This document shows positions 1-8,702 of a stretch of 64,000 nt of DNA, one piece after another. The position numbers and the translations under genes are program-made. The first letter of the stretch is position 1, and each line of letters begins with the position of its first letter. Location: assembly GCA_964235495.1 (NCBI GenBank), contig CAXSAX010000005.1, forward strand, positions 35,935 to 99,934, read 5' to 3'. Under the pieces are notes generated by a model. The model had not been told where the DNA came from. It searched no databases and saw only the letters and a list, made by a program, of their open reading frames with translations. The DNA is from an uncultured Acetobacteraceae bacterium. Its GTDB lineage: Bacteria; Pseudomonadota; Alphaproteobacteria; Acetobacterales; Acetobacteraceae.

Positions 1-832
1 AGCCGGGGTCCTCGGTGTCTGCGAAGGCTGCAGCGGTCCGGTGCGGTCCGCACTGGTAGATCGCCGCCGTGCTGCCGGGGCCGCCGCCGGTGTGGCCGAC
101 ATAGGTGGCGCCCGTCTCGCCGATCCCGATCATGAGGCCCAGGCCGTAGCCTGCCGTCTGCCACGGCCGCCCCGGGACCGGCCCGCCGACTGAATGCGGC
201 GACAGCATCTCGGACAGCAGCGGCGCCGACAGCAAGCTGCCCCCGAGCAACCGGTGCAGCAAGGTGGCTGCACTGGCGGCTGGTCCGACCAGCAGGCCGT
301 GATAGACCCAGCCGGGATGGTAGCCGGCCGGGTTTCCCCAGCCCGTCGCCGCCATGTCGGCCGGCTCGTGGGCAACCATGGCGCCCTCGATGCCGAGCGG
401 GGCCAATACCAGCGCATCAAGCGCCGGGCCGAGTTCCTGGCCGGTTGCAGCCTCCACCAGATCACGGACGAGCAGGTAGCCGATGTTCGAGTAGGTCCAG
501 CCTTGGCCGGGTTCGAAGAGCAGCATGTCGGCCTGCATCCGCCGCAGCAGCAGGCCGCGCTCCCAGGGCGTCTCGCGGTTGGCGACCGCCTCGTGATACG
601 ACGCCAGCCCGCCGTAGTCGGGAAGGCCCGCCCGGTGCTGGAGCAGGTGGCGAAGCGTGAAGGGCTGACCGTCGATCGGCGCATCGAGGCTCAGCTTGCC
701 AGCGGCGACCAGCGCCAGCGCGGCCGCGGCCATCACGGTCTTGGTGAAGCTCCAGCATGGCAGCGATGCCGGATCAGTGGAGTCGTCCGCCCCATGCCCG
801 GCGATGGCGGTGACGAGGCGGGGTTCTGGCAT
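1..832 (-). CDS. Serine hydrolase, beta-lactamase/class C-like family (runs off the window edge)
   Basis: Not in the ORF track because it is open at the edge. Manual translation from ATG at 832 gives MPEPRLVT...WSFTK (SxxK)...WTYSNIGY (YxN)...YVGHTGGGPGS. It starts 10 bp after the stop of the RND gene. Confidence 0.85.
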   Translation of the reverse strand, partial: MPEPRLVTAIAGHGADDSTDPASLPCWSFTKTVMAAAALALVAAGKLSLDAPIDGQPFTLRHLLQHRAGLPDYGGLASYHEAVANRETPWERGLLLRRMQADMLLFEPGQGWTYSNIGYLLVRDLVEAATGQELGPALDALVLAPLGIEGAMVAHEPADMAATGWGNPAGYHPGWVYHGLLVGPAASAATLLHRLLGGSLLSAPLLSEMLSPHSVGGPVPGRPWQTAGYGLGLMIGIGETGATYVGHTGGGPGSTAAIYQCGPHRTAAAFADTEDPG

Positions 833-842
833 GGCTGGCGCG

Positions 843-3800
843 CTACTCGGCCGCCACGGCCACGATGCGGGTCCGCCGTCCCCGCGCCAGCCGCTCCAGC
901 GCCAAGTACACCACCGGCGTGGTGTAGAGCGTCAGCGCCTGGCTCGCGATCAGCCCGCCCACGATCGCGACCCCCAGCGGCACGCGGTACTCCGATCCGG
1001 CGCCCCAGGCCAGCGCCAGCGGCAGCGCGCCCAGCAACGCGGCCAGCGTCGTCATGGTGATGGGGCGGAAGCGCTCCAGGCAGGCGGCGCGGATCGCCTG
1101 CTCCGGGGTCATGCCGCCCTCCCGCTCGGCTTCCAGCGCGAAATCCACCAGCATGATCGCGTTCTTCTTCACGATGCCGACCAGCAGCAGGATGCCGATG
1201 ACGCTCAGCACCGACAGCTCGCCGCCGGTGACCACGATCGCCAGCAGCGCGCCCAGGCCGGCGGAGGGGATGGTGGACAGGATGGTGAGCGGGTGCAGCA
1301 GGCTCTCGTACAGCACGCCGAGCACGATGTAGATCGTCAGCAGCGCAGCCCCGATCAGCGCCGGCTCGGAGGCGAGGGACTTCTTCAGGAACTGCGCGTT
1401 GCCGGCGAAATCCGTGTGCACGCCTTCCGGCATGCGCAGCTGCAGCGCCGTGTTCTCCACCAGCGCCGTGGCCTGGCCCAGCGACGTGCCGGGCAGCAGG
1501 TTGAAGCTGATGGAGCTGGAGGGGAACTGCCCCTGGTGCTCCACCGCCAGCGGCGCGGTGCCGCGCTCGAAACGCGCTACGGCGGAGAGCGGCACCTGCG
1601 TGGCGCCAGGGGCGCCGACATACACGGTTTGCAGCATCGAGGGGTCGGTTTGCAGCGCCGGGTCGGTCTCCAGCACCACCTTGTACTGGTTGCGGTCGGT
1701 GTAGATGGTGGAGATTTGCCGCTGGGCGAACGCGTTGTTCAGCGCGTTGTCGATCGCCGTGGTGGAGAGCTGCAGCCGGGCCGCGGCGTCCCGGTCGATC
1801 ACCACGTCGGATTGCGGGCCGGACTTGTCCTGGTCGCTGCTCACGTCCTCGATGCCAGAGACGTGCTGGAGCGCCGCTTCCAGCTTCTGGGTCCAGACGC
1901 GCAGCTCGGCCAGGTCCTGGTCCAGCAGCACGAACTGGAACTGGCTGCCGCCGCTGCGCCCGCCGCCGCGCAGGTCCTGCACGGAGGACAGGAAGGTCTG
2001 GATGTCCGCCATTGCCTGCAACTTGGGGCGCAGCCGGGCGATCACCGCCTCGCTGCTGATCCGGCGTTTGCTGATGGGCTTGAGCTGGATGGTCAGCTGG
2101 CCGCGGTTGAGAGATGAGAAGCCGTTGGCCACGCCCACGGTGGAGCCCACGCTCTGCACCGCCGGGTCAGCGAGGATGGCTTCGACCACGCGGCCCTGCT
2201 TGGCGGACATGGCGGCGAAGGAGGTGGACGGGTCGGCCTGGGTGTTGCCTTGCAGCAGCCCGGTGTCTTGCAGCGGCAGGAAGCCCTTGGGCACCTCCCA
2301 CCACAGCCCCACGGTGCCGACGGCGCAGCCGAGCGTGACCAGCAGCATCAGCCGCCGCCAGCGCAGCGCCGTGTCGAGCGAGCGGGCGTAGCCGCGCAGG
2401 GTAGCGGCCAGCGCCCGCTCCACCGCCGCGTCAAAGCGGGCCCACCAGCGCGGCGGTGCGATGCGCAGCCCGGTGATCTGGCCGCACATCATGGGCGTCA
2501 GCGTGAGGGAGACGGCGGCGGAGACGGCGATGGCCACGGTCAGCACCACCGCGAACTCGTGCAGCAGCCGGCCCGGCAGCCCGCCCATGAAGGTCAGCGG
2601 GATGAACACCGCGACCAGCGAGATGGAGATGGACAGCACGGTGAAGCCGATCTGCCGCGCGCCGCGGATGGCGGCCACGAGCGGCGGCTCGCCCATCTCG
2701 GCGTGGCGGGCGATGTTCTCGATCATCACGATGGCGTCGTCCACCACGAAGCCGACCGAGATGGTGAGCGCCATCAGCGAGAAGTTGTCCAAGGAGTAGC
2801 CGAGCTTCCACATGGCGGCCAGCGTGCCGGCGATGGACAGCGGCACCGTGACGGCGGCGGCCAGGGTGGGCACCAGGCGGCGCATGAACACCAGCACCAC
2901 CGCCAGCACCAGCACGATCGAGACCAGCAGCGTCTTCTCCACGTCGGCCACGCTGGCGCGGATGGTGCTGGTGCGGTCGGCGATGATCTTGACGTCGATG
3001 TCGGGCGGCATCCAGGCCAGCAGGTGCGGCAGCTCCGCCTTGATCCGGTCGGTGGTCTCGATGACGTTGGCCCCGGCGAGCCGGGTGATGCCGAGCAGGA
3101 TGGCGGGCGTCGTGCCGTCCCAGGCCGCGAGCCGGCTGTTGGCGACGCCGTCCACCACGCTTGCCACGTCTGACAGCCGCAGCGCGGAGCCGTTCTGCGA
3201 CTTGACCACCAGGCCGGCATAGTCGCTGGCCTGGCGCATCTGGCCGTTGACGGCGATGTCGCGGGCGCGGTCCGCCCCTTCGAAGCTGCCGGTGCTCTGC
3301 GTCACGTTGGCGTTGCGGATGGCGGTGAACACGTCCTGCCCGGACAGGCTGGCGGCCCGCAGCGCGCCGGGGTTCAGCCGCACCCGTACGGCCGGCTTCT
3401 CCGCGCCGTTGATCTGCACCTGGCTCACCCCGTCCAGCTGCGAGAGGCGCTGGGCGAGGATGGTGTCCGCCGCGTCGTACACCTGGCCCGGCGACAGCGT
3501 CTTGGAGGTGAGCGCCAGGGTCATGATCGGCGCGTCGGCCGGGTTGAACTTGCGGTAGTACGGCCGGATCGGCAGGTCGGAGGGCAGGTCGGAGGTGGCG
3601 GCGTTGATGGCCGTCTGCACGTCGTGCGCCGCCCCGTCGATGGAGCGGCCGATGTCGAAGATGCAGACAATGGCGGTGGAGCCGAGCGAGGAGGTGGAGG
3701 TGAGCTCGTTCATCCCGGGAATCTCGCCCAGGCGGCGCTCCAGCGGGGCGGCGATGGAGGTCGCCATCGTCTCCGGGTCCGCGCCGGGCCGGCCGGCGAA

Positions 3801-3941
3801 CACCACGATGGCGGGGAAGTCCACCATCGGCAGCGGCGCCACCGGCAGGAACTGGTAGGCGACCAGGCCGGCCAGCAGCAGGCCAAGCGACAGCAGGGCG
3901 GTGCCGACGGGGCGAAGGATGAAGGGGGTGGAGAAGTTCAA
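843..3941 (-). CDS. mdtC: RND efflux permease, MdtC-like
   Basis: 1032 aa, TTG start. Has GFVVDDAIVMIENI, GIVKKNAIMLVDFA and RFRPITMTT motifs of AcrB/MdtBC-family transporters. Confidence 0.9.
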   Translation of the reverse strand: MNFSTPFILRPVGTALLSLGLLLAGLVAYQFLPVAPLPMVDFPAIVVFAGRPGADPETMATSIAAPLERRLGEIPGMNELTSTSSLGSTAIVCIFDIGRSIDGAAHDVQTAINAATSDLPSDLPIRPYYRKFNPADAPIMTLALTSKTLSPGQVYDAADTILAQRLSQLDGVSQVQINGAEKPAVRVRLNPGALRAASLSGQDVFTAIRNANVTQSTGSFEGADRARDIAVNGQMRQASDYAGLVVKSQNGSALRLSDVASVVDGVANSRLAAWDGTTPAILLGITRLAGANVIETTDRIKAELPHLLAWMPPDIDVKIIADRTSTIRASVADVEKTLLVSIVLVLAVVLVFMRRLVPTLAAAVTVPLSIAGTLAAMWKLGYSLDNFSLMALTISVGFVVDDAIVMIENIARHAEMGEPPLVAAIRGARQIGFTVLSISISLVAVFIPLTFMGGLPGRLLHEFAVVLTVAIAVSAAVSLTLTPMMCGQITGLRIAPPRWWARFDAAVERALAATLRGYARSLDTALRWRRLMLLVTLGCAVGTVGLWWEVPKGFLPLQDTGLLQGNTQADPSTSFAAMSAKQGRVVEAILADPAVQSVGSTVGVANGFSSLNRGQLTIQLKPISKRRISSEAVIARLRPKLQAMADIQTFLSSVQDLRGGGRSGGSQFQFVLLDQDLAELRVWTQKLEAALQHVSGIEDVSSDQDKSGPQSDVVIDRDAAARLQLSTTAIDNALNNAFAQRQISTIYTDRNQYKVVLETDPALQTDPSMLQTVYVGAPGATQVPLSAVARFERGTAPLAVEHQGQFPSSSISFNLLPGTSLGQATALVENTALQLRMPEGVHTDFAGNAQFLKKSLASEPALIGAALLTIYIVLGVLYESLLHPLTILSTIPSAGLGALLAIVVTGGELSVLSVIGILLLVGIVKKNAIMLVDFALEAEREGGMTPEQAIRAACLERFRPITMTTLAALLGALPLALAWGAGSEYRVPLGVAIVGGLIASQALTLYTTPVVYLALERLARGRRTRIVAVAAE

Positions 3942-3956
3942 GGCGTGCAGGCCAGC

Positions 3957-4331
3957 TTACGGCGACTTGTCCGGAACCGGGGTGATAGCGGCAGGCGCCT
4001 GGCCCGGTTGCAGCAGGTAGATGGTGGGGCTGGCCTGCTTGGCCCTGATCTCGGCTTGCAGGGCGGCTAAGCTGGCTGTCTGTTGGGTGACCAGCACCTG
4101 CAACTGCCGAGTTTCCGTCTCCGACTCGCGGCCAAGATAGTTCGCCAAGCCAACCCCGGATCCGACCGCCAAAGCGATTGCAACGGCTGCGCTGACTCCG
4201 AACTTGAGGCTTTCCCAGCGCATGTCGCTGTTCAGCTTGGTCATGTTCAGGCGGGCATCGTCGATGTCCACGTCCAGCTTCTCCATCTCTTTGAGGTATT
4301 TGGCCTCTTCCTAGTCCTGCGTCAGCGGCAT
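3957..4331 (-). CDS. Small membrane protein (RWE + TM helix) with an in-frame TAG at codon 7; the 109-aa ORF 3957..4286 is intact; possible pseudogene
   Basis: ATG CCG CTG ACG CAG GAC TAG GAA GAG GCC AAA TAC CTC AAA GAG ATG GAG... continues in frame with the listed 109-aa ORF. GGAG lies 10 nt upstream of ATG 4331. Similar to the ORF at 59252..59449. Confidence 0.7.
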
Positions 4332-4351
4332 CCTAGCACGACTCCGTCGGC

Positions 4352-7300
4352 CTATTCCGCCGCCGCCGGGCGCAGCCCCGGTGCGAAGCGCAGGCGCAGC
4401 CGCTCGAACGTCACGTAGATCACCGGTGTCGTGTAGAGCGTCAGCAGCTGGCTCAGCAGTAGCCCGCCCACGATCGTCACCCCGAGCGGGAAGCGCAGCT
4501 CGGAGCCCGTGCCGTGCTCCAGCACCAATGGCAGCGCGCCCAGCAGGGCGGCGGCGGTGGTCATCATGATGGGGCGGAAGCGCAGGGCGCAGGCTTCCTC
4601 GATCGCGGCCTCGGGCGAGAGGCCGCGCTCGCGCTCCGCCTCCACCGCGAAATCGATCATCATGATGGCGTTCTTTTTCACGATGCCCATCAGCAGCACG
4701 ATGCCGACCAGCGCCACCAAGGACAGGTCCAGCCCGCACGCCATCAGCGCCAGCAACGCGCCGATGCCGGCCGAAGGCAGGGTGGACAGGATCGTCACCG
4801 GATGGATCGTGCTCTCGTACAGCACGCCCAGCACGATGTAGATCACCACCACGGCGGCCAGGATCAGCCAAGGCTCGGAACTGAGCGAGCGCTGGAACTC
4901 GGCGGCCTCGCCGGAGTAGCTGCCCGTCACCGTCTCCGGCAGGCCGAGCGCCTGCTCCGCATCCGCCACGTCCTTCACCGCGTCGCCCAGCGACGTGCCG
5001 GGCGCCAGGTCGAAGGACAGCGTGACGGAGGGGAACTGCTGCTCGTGGGTGATCGCCAGCGGCCCGACGCCCTGGCTGATGCGCGCCACCGCCGAGAGCG
5101 GGATCAGCGACTGCGCCGCCCCGCTCACGGTGGCGCCGGAGGTGGTGCTCTGCCCCTGCGCGGACAGCACGCCGGGCACCCGCAGGCGGAGCAGGGAAGC
5201 CGGGTCCGCCTGCCAGGCCGGGTCCGCCTCCAGCACCACGCGGTACTGGTTGGCCTGGCTGAAGATAGTGCTGATCTGGCGCTGGCCGAAGCTGTCGTAC
5301 AGCACGTCCTGGATCGTCTGCATCGACACGCCCAGGCGCTGTGCCGCCTCCCGGTCCACCGTGACGTGGGTGACCAGGCCCTCGTCCTGCTGGTCGGTGG
5401 CCACGTTGCGCAGGCCGGGCGCGCTTTGCAGTCGCGCGAGCAGGCGGGGCGCCCACGCGGCCAGCTCCGCCGCGTCGGTATCGACCAGGGTATACTGGTA
5501 TTGCGTGCGGCTGACCCTTGTTCCGATCTGGATGTCCTGCACCGGCTGGGTGAACACGGACAGGCCGGGGATGGCATCCGCCGCTCGTTGCAGCCGCGCC
5601 TGCACCGCCGCCACCCCGTCGCGCTGCGGGCGGGGCTTCAGCGCGATGGTCAGCCGGCCGGAGTTGGGCGTGGGGTTGATGGAGCCGGCGCCCACGAAGG
5701 AGGTCACGCTGGCCACCGCCGGGTCGCGCCGGGCGGCGTCGGCGAAGCGGGCTTGCAGCGTGCTCATGGCGGGGATCGAGATGGACTGGCCCGCCTGCGT
5801 CACCGCCACGATCACGCCCGTGTCCTGCGCCGGCAGGAAGCCCTTGGGCACGGCGATGTAGAGCAGCACCGTGCCGACCAGCGTGCCCGCCGCCACCAGC
5901 AGCACCAACCCCTGCGCCCGCAGCGCCCAGCCGAGCGTGCGCCGGTAGCCGGTCGCCATGCGGCGGAACCCGGCGTCGAACGTGCGGGCCAGCAGCGTGG
6001 GCCTGGCTGCGTGCAGCGGCCGCAGCAGCCTGCCGCACATCATGGGCGTGAGGGTGAGCGACACGGCCGCCGACACCACCACCGACACGGCGAGCGTCAC
6101 CGCGAACTCGTTGAACAACCGTCCCACCACGCCCGTCATGAACAGCAGCGGGATGAACACCGCCACCAGCGACACGGTGAGCGAGACGATGGTGAAGCCG
6201 ATCTGCTTGGCGCCGCGGTAGGCCGCCTGCAGCGGCGGCACGCCCTGCTCGATGAAGCGCACCACGTTCTCGATCATGACGATGGCGTCATCGACCACAA
6301 AGCCGGTCGAGACGGTCAGCGCCATCAGCGAGAGGTTGTCGAGCGCGTAGCCCAGCAGCGCCATGACACCGAAGGTGCCGATCAGGGACAACGGCAGGGC
6401 GATGCCCGGGATCACCGTGGCGCGCCAGGAGCCGAGGAACAGGTAAATCACCGCGATCACCAGGCCGATCGCCAGCAGCAGGGTGAACTGCACGTCCGCC
6501 ACCGAGGCGCGGATGGTCTCGGTCCGGTCCGTCACCACCGAGAGCGCCACGCCGGCGGGCAGGGCGCGCTCCAGCGCGGGCAGCGCCTCGCGGATGTCGG
6601 CCACGGTCTGCACGATGTTGGCGCCGGGCTGGCGCTGAATGTCCAGGATCACCGCCGGATGCCCGTCGAGCGCGGAGGCGACACGGGTGTTCTCGATGCT
6701 GGCCTCGACGCTGCCCACGTCGCGCAGGCGCAAGGGGGCGGCGTCCTTGTAGCTGATCACCAGCTGGCGGTAGGCCTCCGGGTCCAGCAGCTGGTCGTTG
6801 GTGGACAACCCGAAGGCCTGCGCCTTGCCGTCGAAGCCGCCCTTGGCGCCGTTCACGTTGGCGGCGGACACTGCGGTGCGCACGTCCTCCATCGACAGGT
6901 TGTAGGCGGCCAGCCGCGCCGGATCGATCCGCACCCGGATGGCCCGGCGCAGCCCGCCCTGCACCGTCACCTTGCCCACGCCGACGATCTGGCTGAGCTT
7001 CGGTTGCAGCAGCGTGTCCGCCAGGTCCGCCACCCCGTCCAGCGGCACGTTGTCGGAGGTGAGCGCCAGGGTGACGATGGCGGCGTCCGCCGGGTTCACC
7101 TTCGAGTACACCGGCGGGTAGGGCAGGGTGGCGGGCAGCGTGCCCTCGGCGGCATTGATCGCGGCCTGCACGTCCTGCGCTGCCCCGTCCATGGAGCGCG
7201 ACAAGTTGAACTGCAGCGTGATCTGGCTGGTGCCCTCGCTGCTGACGCTCTGCATGCTGGACAGCCCGGTGATCTGGCCGAACTGGCGCTCCAGGCTGGC

Positions 7301-7492
7301 GGTGACCAGGGTTGCCGTCACCTCCGGGCTGGCGCCGGGCAACTGGGTGCTGACCTCGATGGTGGGGAAGTCCACCTGCGGCAGCGCCGAGACGGGCAGC
7401 GCGCCGTAGCCCAGCAGCCCGGCCAGCAGCACCGCCACCGCCAGCAGCCCGGTCGCCACGGGACGGGCGATGAAGGGGGCGGAGATGTTCAT
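4352..7492 (-). CDS. mdtB: RND efflux permease, MdtB-like
   Basis: 1046 aa with the same RND motifs (GFVVDDAIVMIEN, KKNAIMMIDFA, RFRPIMMTT). First of the tandem permease pair. Confidence 0.9.
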   Translation of the reverse strand: MNISAPFIARPVATGLLAVAVLLAGLLGYGALPVSALPQVDFPTIEVSTQLPGASPEVTATLVTASLERQFGQITGLSSMQSVSSEGTSQITLQFNLSRSMDGAAQDVQAAINAAEGTLPATLPYPPVYSKVNPADAAIVTLALTSDNVPLDGVADLADTLLQPKLSQIVGVGKVTVQGGLRRAIRVRIDPARLAAYNLSMEDVRTAVSAANVNGAKGGFDGKAQAFGLSTNDQLLDPEAYRQLVISYKDAAPLRLRDVGSVEASIENTRVASALDGHPAVILDIQRQPGANIVQTVADIREALPALERALPAGVALSVVTDRTETIRASVADVQFTLLLAIGLVIAVIYLFLGSWRATVIPGIALPLSLIGTFGVMALLGYALDNLSLMALTVSTGFVVDDAIVMIENVVRFIEQGVPPLQAAYRGAKQIGFTIVSLTVSLVAVFIPLLFMTGVVGRLFNEFAVTLAVSVVVSAAVSLTLTPMMCGRLLRPLHAARPTLLARTFDAGFRRMATGYRRTLGWALRAQGLVLLVAAGTLVGTVLLYIAVPKGFLPAQDTGVIVAVTQAGQSISIPAMSTLQARFADAARRDPAVASVTSFVGAGSINPTPNSGRLTIALKPRPQRDGVAAVQARLQRAADAIPGLSVFTQPVQDIQIGTRVSRTQYQYTLVDTDAAELAAWAPRLLARLQSAPGLRNVATDQQDEGLVTHVTVDREAAQRLGVSMQTIQDVLYDSFGQRQISTIFSQANQYRVVLEADPAWQADPASLLRLRVPGVLSAQGQSTTSGATVSGAAQSLIPLSAVARISQGVGPLAITHEQQFPSVTLSFDLAPGTSLGDAVKDVADAEQALGLPETVTGSYSGEAAEFQRSLSSEPWLILAAVVVIYIVLGVLYESTIHPVTILSTLPSAGIGALLALMACGLDLSLVALVGIVLLMGIVKKNAIMMIDFAVEAERERGLSPEAAIEEACALRFRPIMMTTAAALLGALPLVLEHGTGSELRFPLGVTIVGGLLLSQLLTLYTTPVIYVTFERLRLRFAPGLRPAAAE

Positions 7493-7499
7493 GCCGGGT

Positions 7500-8702
7500 T
7501 CAGCCCGGCGTGCGGGCGCGGGCCGGCTGGGCCGCGGCCTCGGGCGGCACGGCGGCGTCCTGCACGTGCACCTTGGCGCCGTCGGTCAGGCGGGATGCGC
7601 CGTCCGTCACCACCCGGTCGCCCGGCCGCAGCCCGGCGGTGATGACGGAGGCGGCCTCGTCCTCGTGCCCCACCTGCACGGCGCGGCGCTCCACCGTATT
7701 GTCCGGCTTGAGCAGGTAGACGTAGGCCCCCAATGGGCCGCGCTGCACCCCGGTCGGCGGCAGGCTGACCACGTTGCGCTCAGTGTCCACCAGCAGCCGC
7801 ACGTTGACGAAGCCGCCGGGCCACAGGGCGAGCGAGGCGTTGGGGAAGGTCGCCTTGAGCTTGATGGTGCCGGTCGCCTGATCGACCGTGTTGTCCAGCA
7901 CCGCCACCTGGCCGCGGTCGAGCACGCTCTTTGCCTCGTTGGCGACGCCTTGCGGCAGCGCCAGCACCTCCGGCGCGCTGCCCTTCATGGCGGCGGCCAC
8001 CTCGCCCAGCGTTTGCTGCGGCAGGGTGAACACGACCGAGATCGGCTGCAGCTGGGTGATCACCACCAGCGGCGTCGTGTCCGCCGCGTGGACGATGTTG
8101 CCCTGGTCCACCTGGCGGATGCCGGTGCGGCCCTCCAGCGGACTGGTGATGGTGGTGTAGGACAGGTTGGTGCGCGCCGTGTCGATCTGCGCCTGGTCCT
8201 GCCGCACCAGCGCCTCGTCCTGCGCCACCGTCGCCTTCTGGGTGTCAGAGGTCTGGGCGGAGGTGTAGGCGGTGGCGGCGAGCTTCTGGTAGCGCACCAA
8301 GTCCACCTTGGCGTTGGCCAGGTTAGCCTCGTCCTGCGCCTTCTTGGCCGCCGCTTGGTCGAGCGCGGCCTGGTACGGCCGCGGGTCGATGCGGGCCAGC
8401 ACGTCCCCGGCGCGCACGTCCTGGCCCTCCTTGAAGGCGATTTGCAGCAGCGGGCCGTCGATCATCGCCTTGATGCTGACGGTGTTGAACGCCTGCACGG
8501 TGCCGAGCGCGTCCAAGAACACCGGCACGTCGCCCAGCTTGGCGGCGACGGCCAGCACCGGGACCGGATCGCCCTCGGCGCTGCCGGCCCGCGCCCGGTG
8601 GCGATCGTCCTTCGGCGCCGCGGTGCGCCCGAACTCGTACCAGCCGCCCGCGCCGGCAGCGGCGAGCACGGTCAGCAGCAGCAGGGACCGGCGGAGCGTC
8701 AT
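7500..8702 (-). CDS. mdtA: RND membrane fusion protein, MdtA-like
   Basis: N-terminal TM helix, lipoyl-like GTVQAFNTVSIK...FKEGQDVRAGDVLARIDPRPY, and DNTVDQATGTIKLKA. ATG at 8702 overlaps the upstream stop (ATGA). Confidence 0.9.
   Translation of the reverse strand: MTLRRSLLLLTVLAAAGAGGWYEFGRTAAPKDDRHRARAGSAEGDPVPVLAVAAKLGDVPVFLDALGTVQAFNTVSIKAMIDGPLLQIAFKEGQDVRAGDVLARIDPRPYQAALDQAAAKKAQDEANLANAKVDLVRYQKLAATAYTSAQTSDTQKATVAQDEALVRQDQAQIDTARTNLSYTTITSPLEGRTGIRQVDQGNIVHAADTTPLVVITQLQPISVVFTLPQQTLGEVAAAMKGSAPEVLALPQGVANEAKSVLDRGQVAVLDNTVDQATGTIKLKATFPNASLALWPGGFVNVRLLVDTERNVVSLPPTGVQRGPLGAYVYLLKPDNTVERRAVQVGHEDEAASVITAGLRPGDRVVTDGASRLTDGAKVHVQDAAVPPEAAAQPARARTPG

Noticed and set aside
130-684. 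Possible frameshift in the serine hydrolase at the window start
   Set aside because: Manual translation is continuous (GPVPGRPWQTAGYGLGLMIG) to the edge. The listed ORF is a different frame.
4514-7642. 1042-aa plus-strand ORF, and many other long antisense or alternate-frame ORFs in the track
   Set aside because: These are shadows of real genes in high-GC DNA. The translations are rich in Arg/Gly/His/Gln or Arg/Pro/Ala and show no family motifs.
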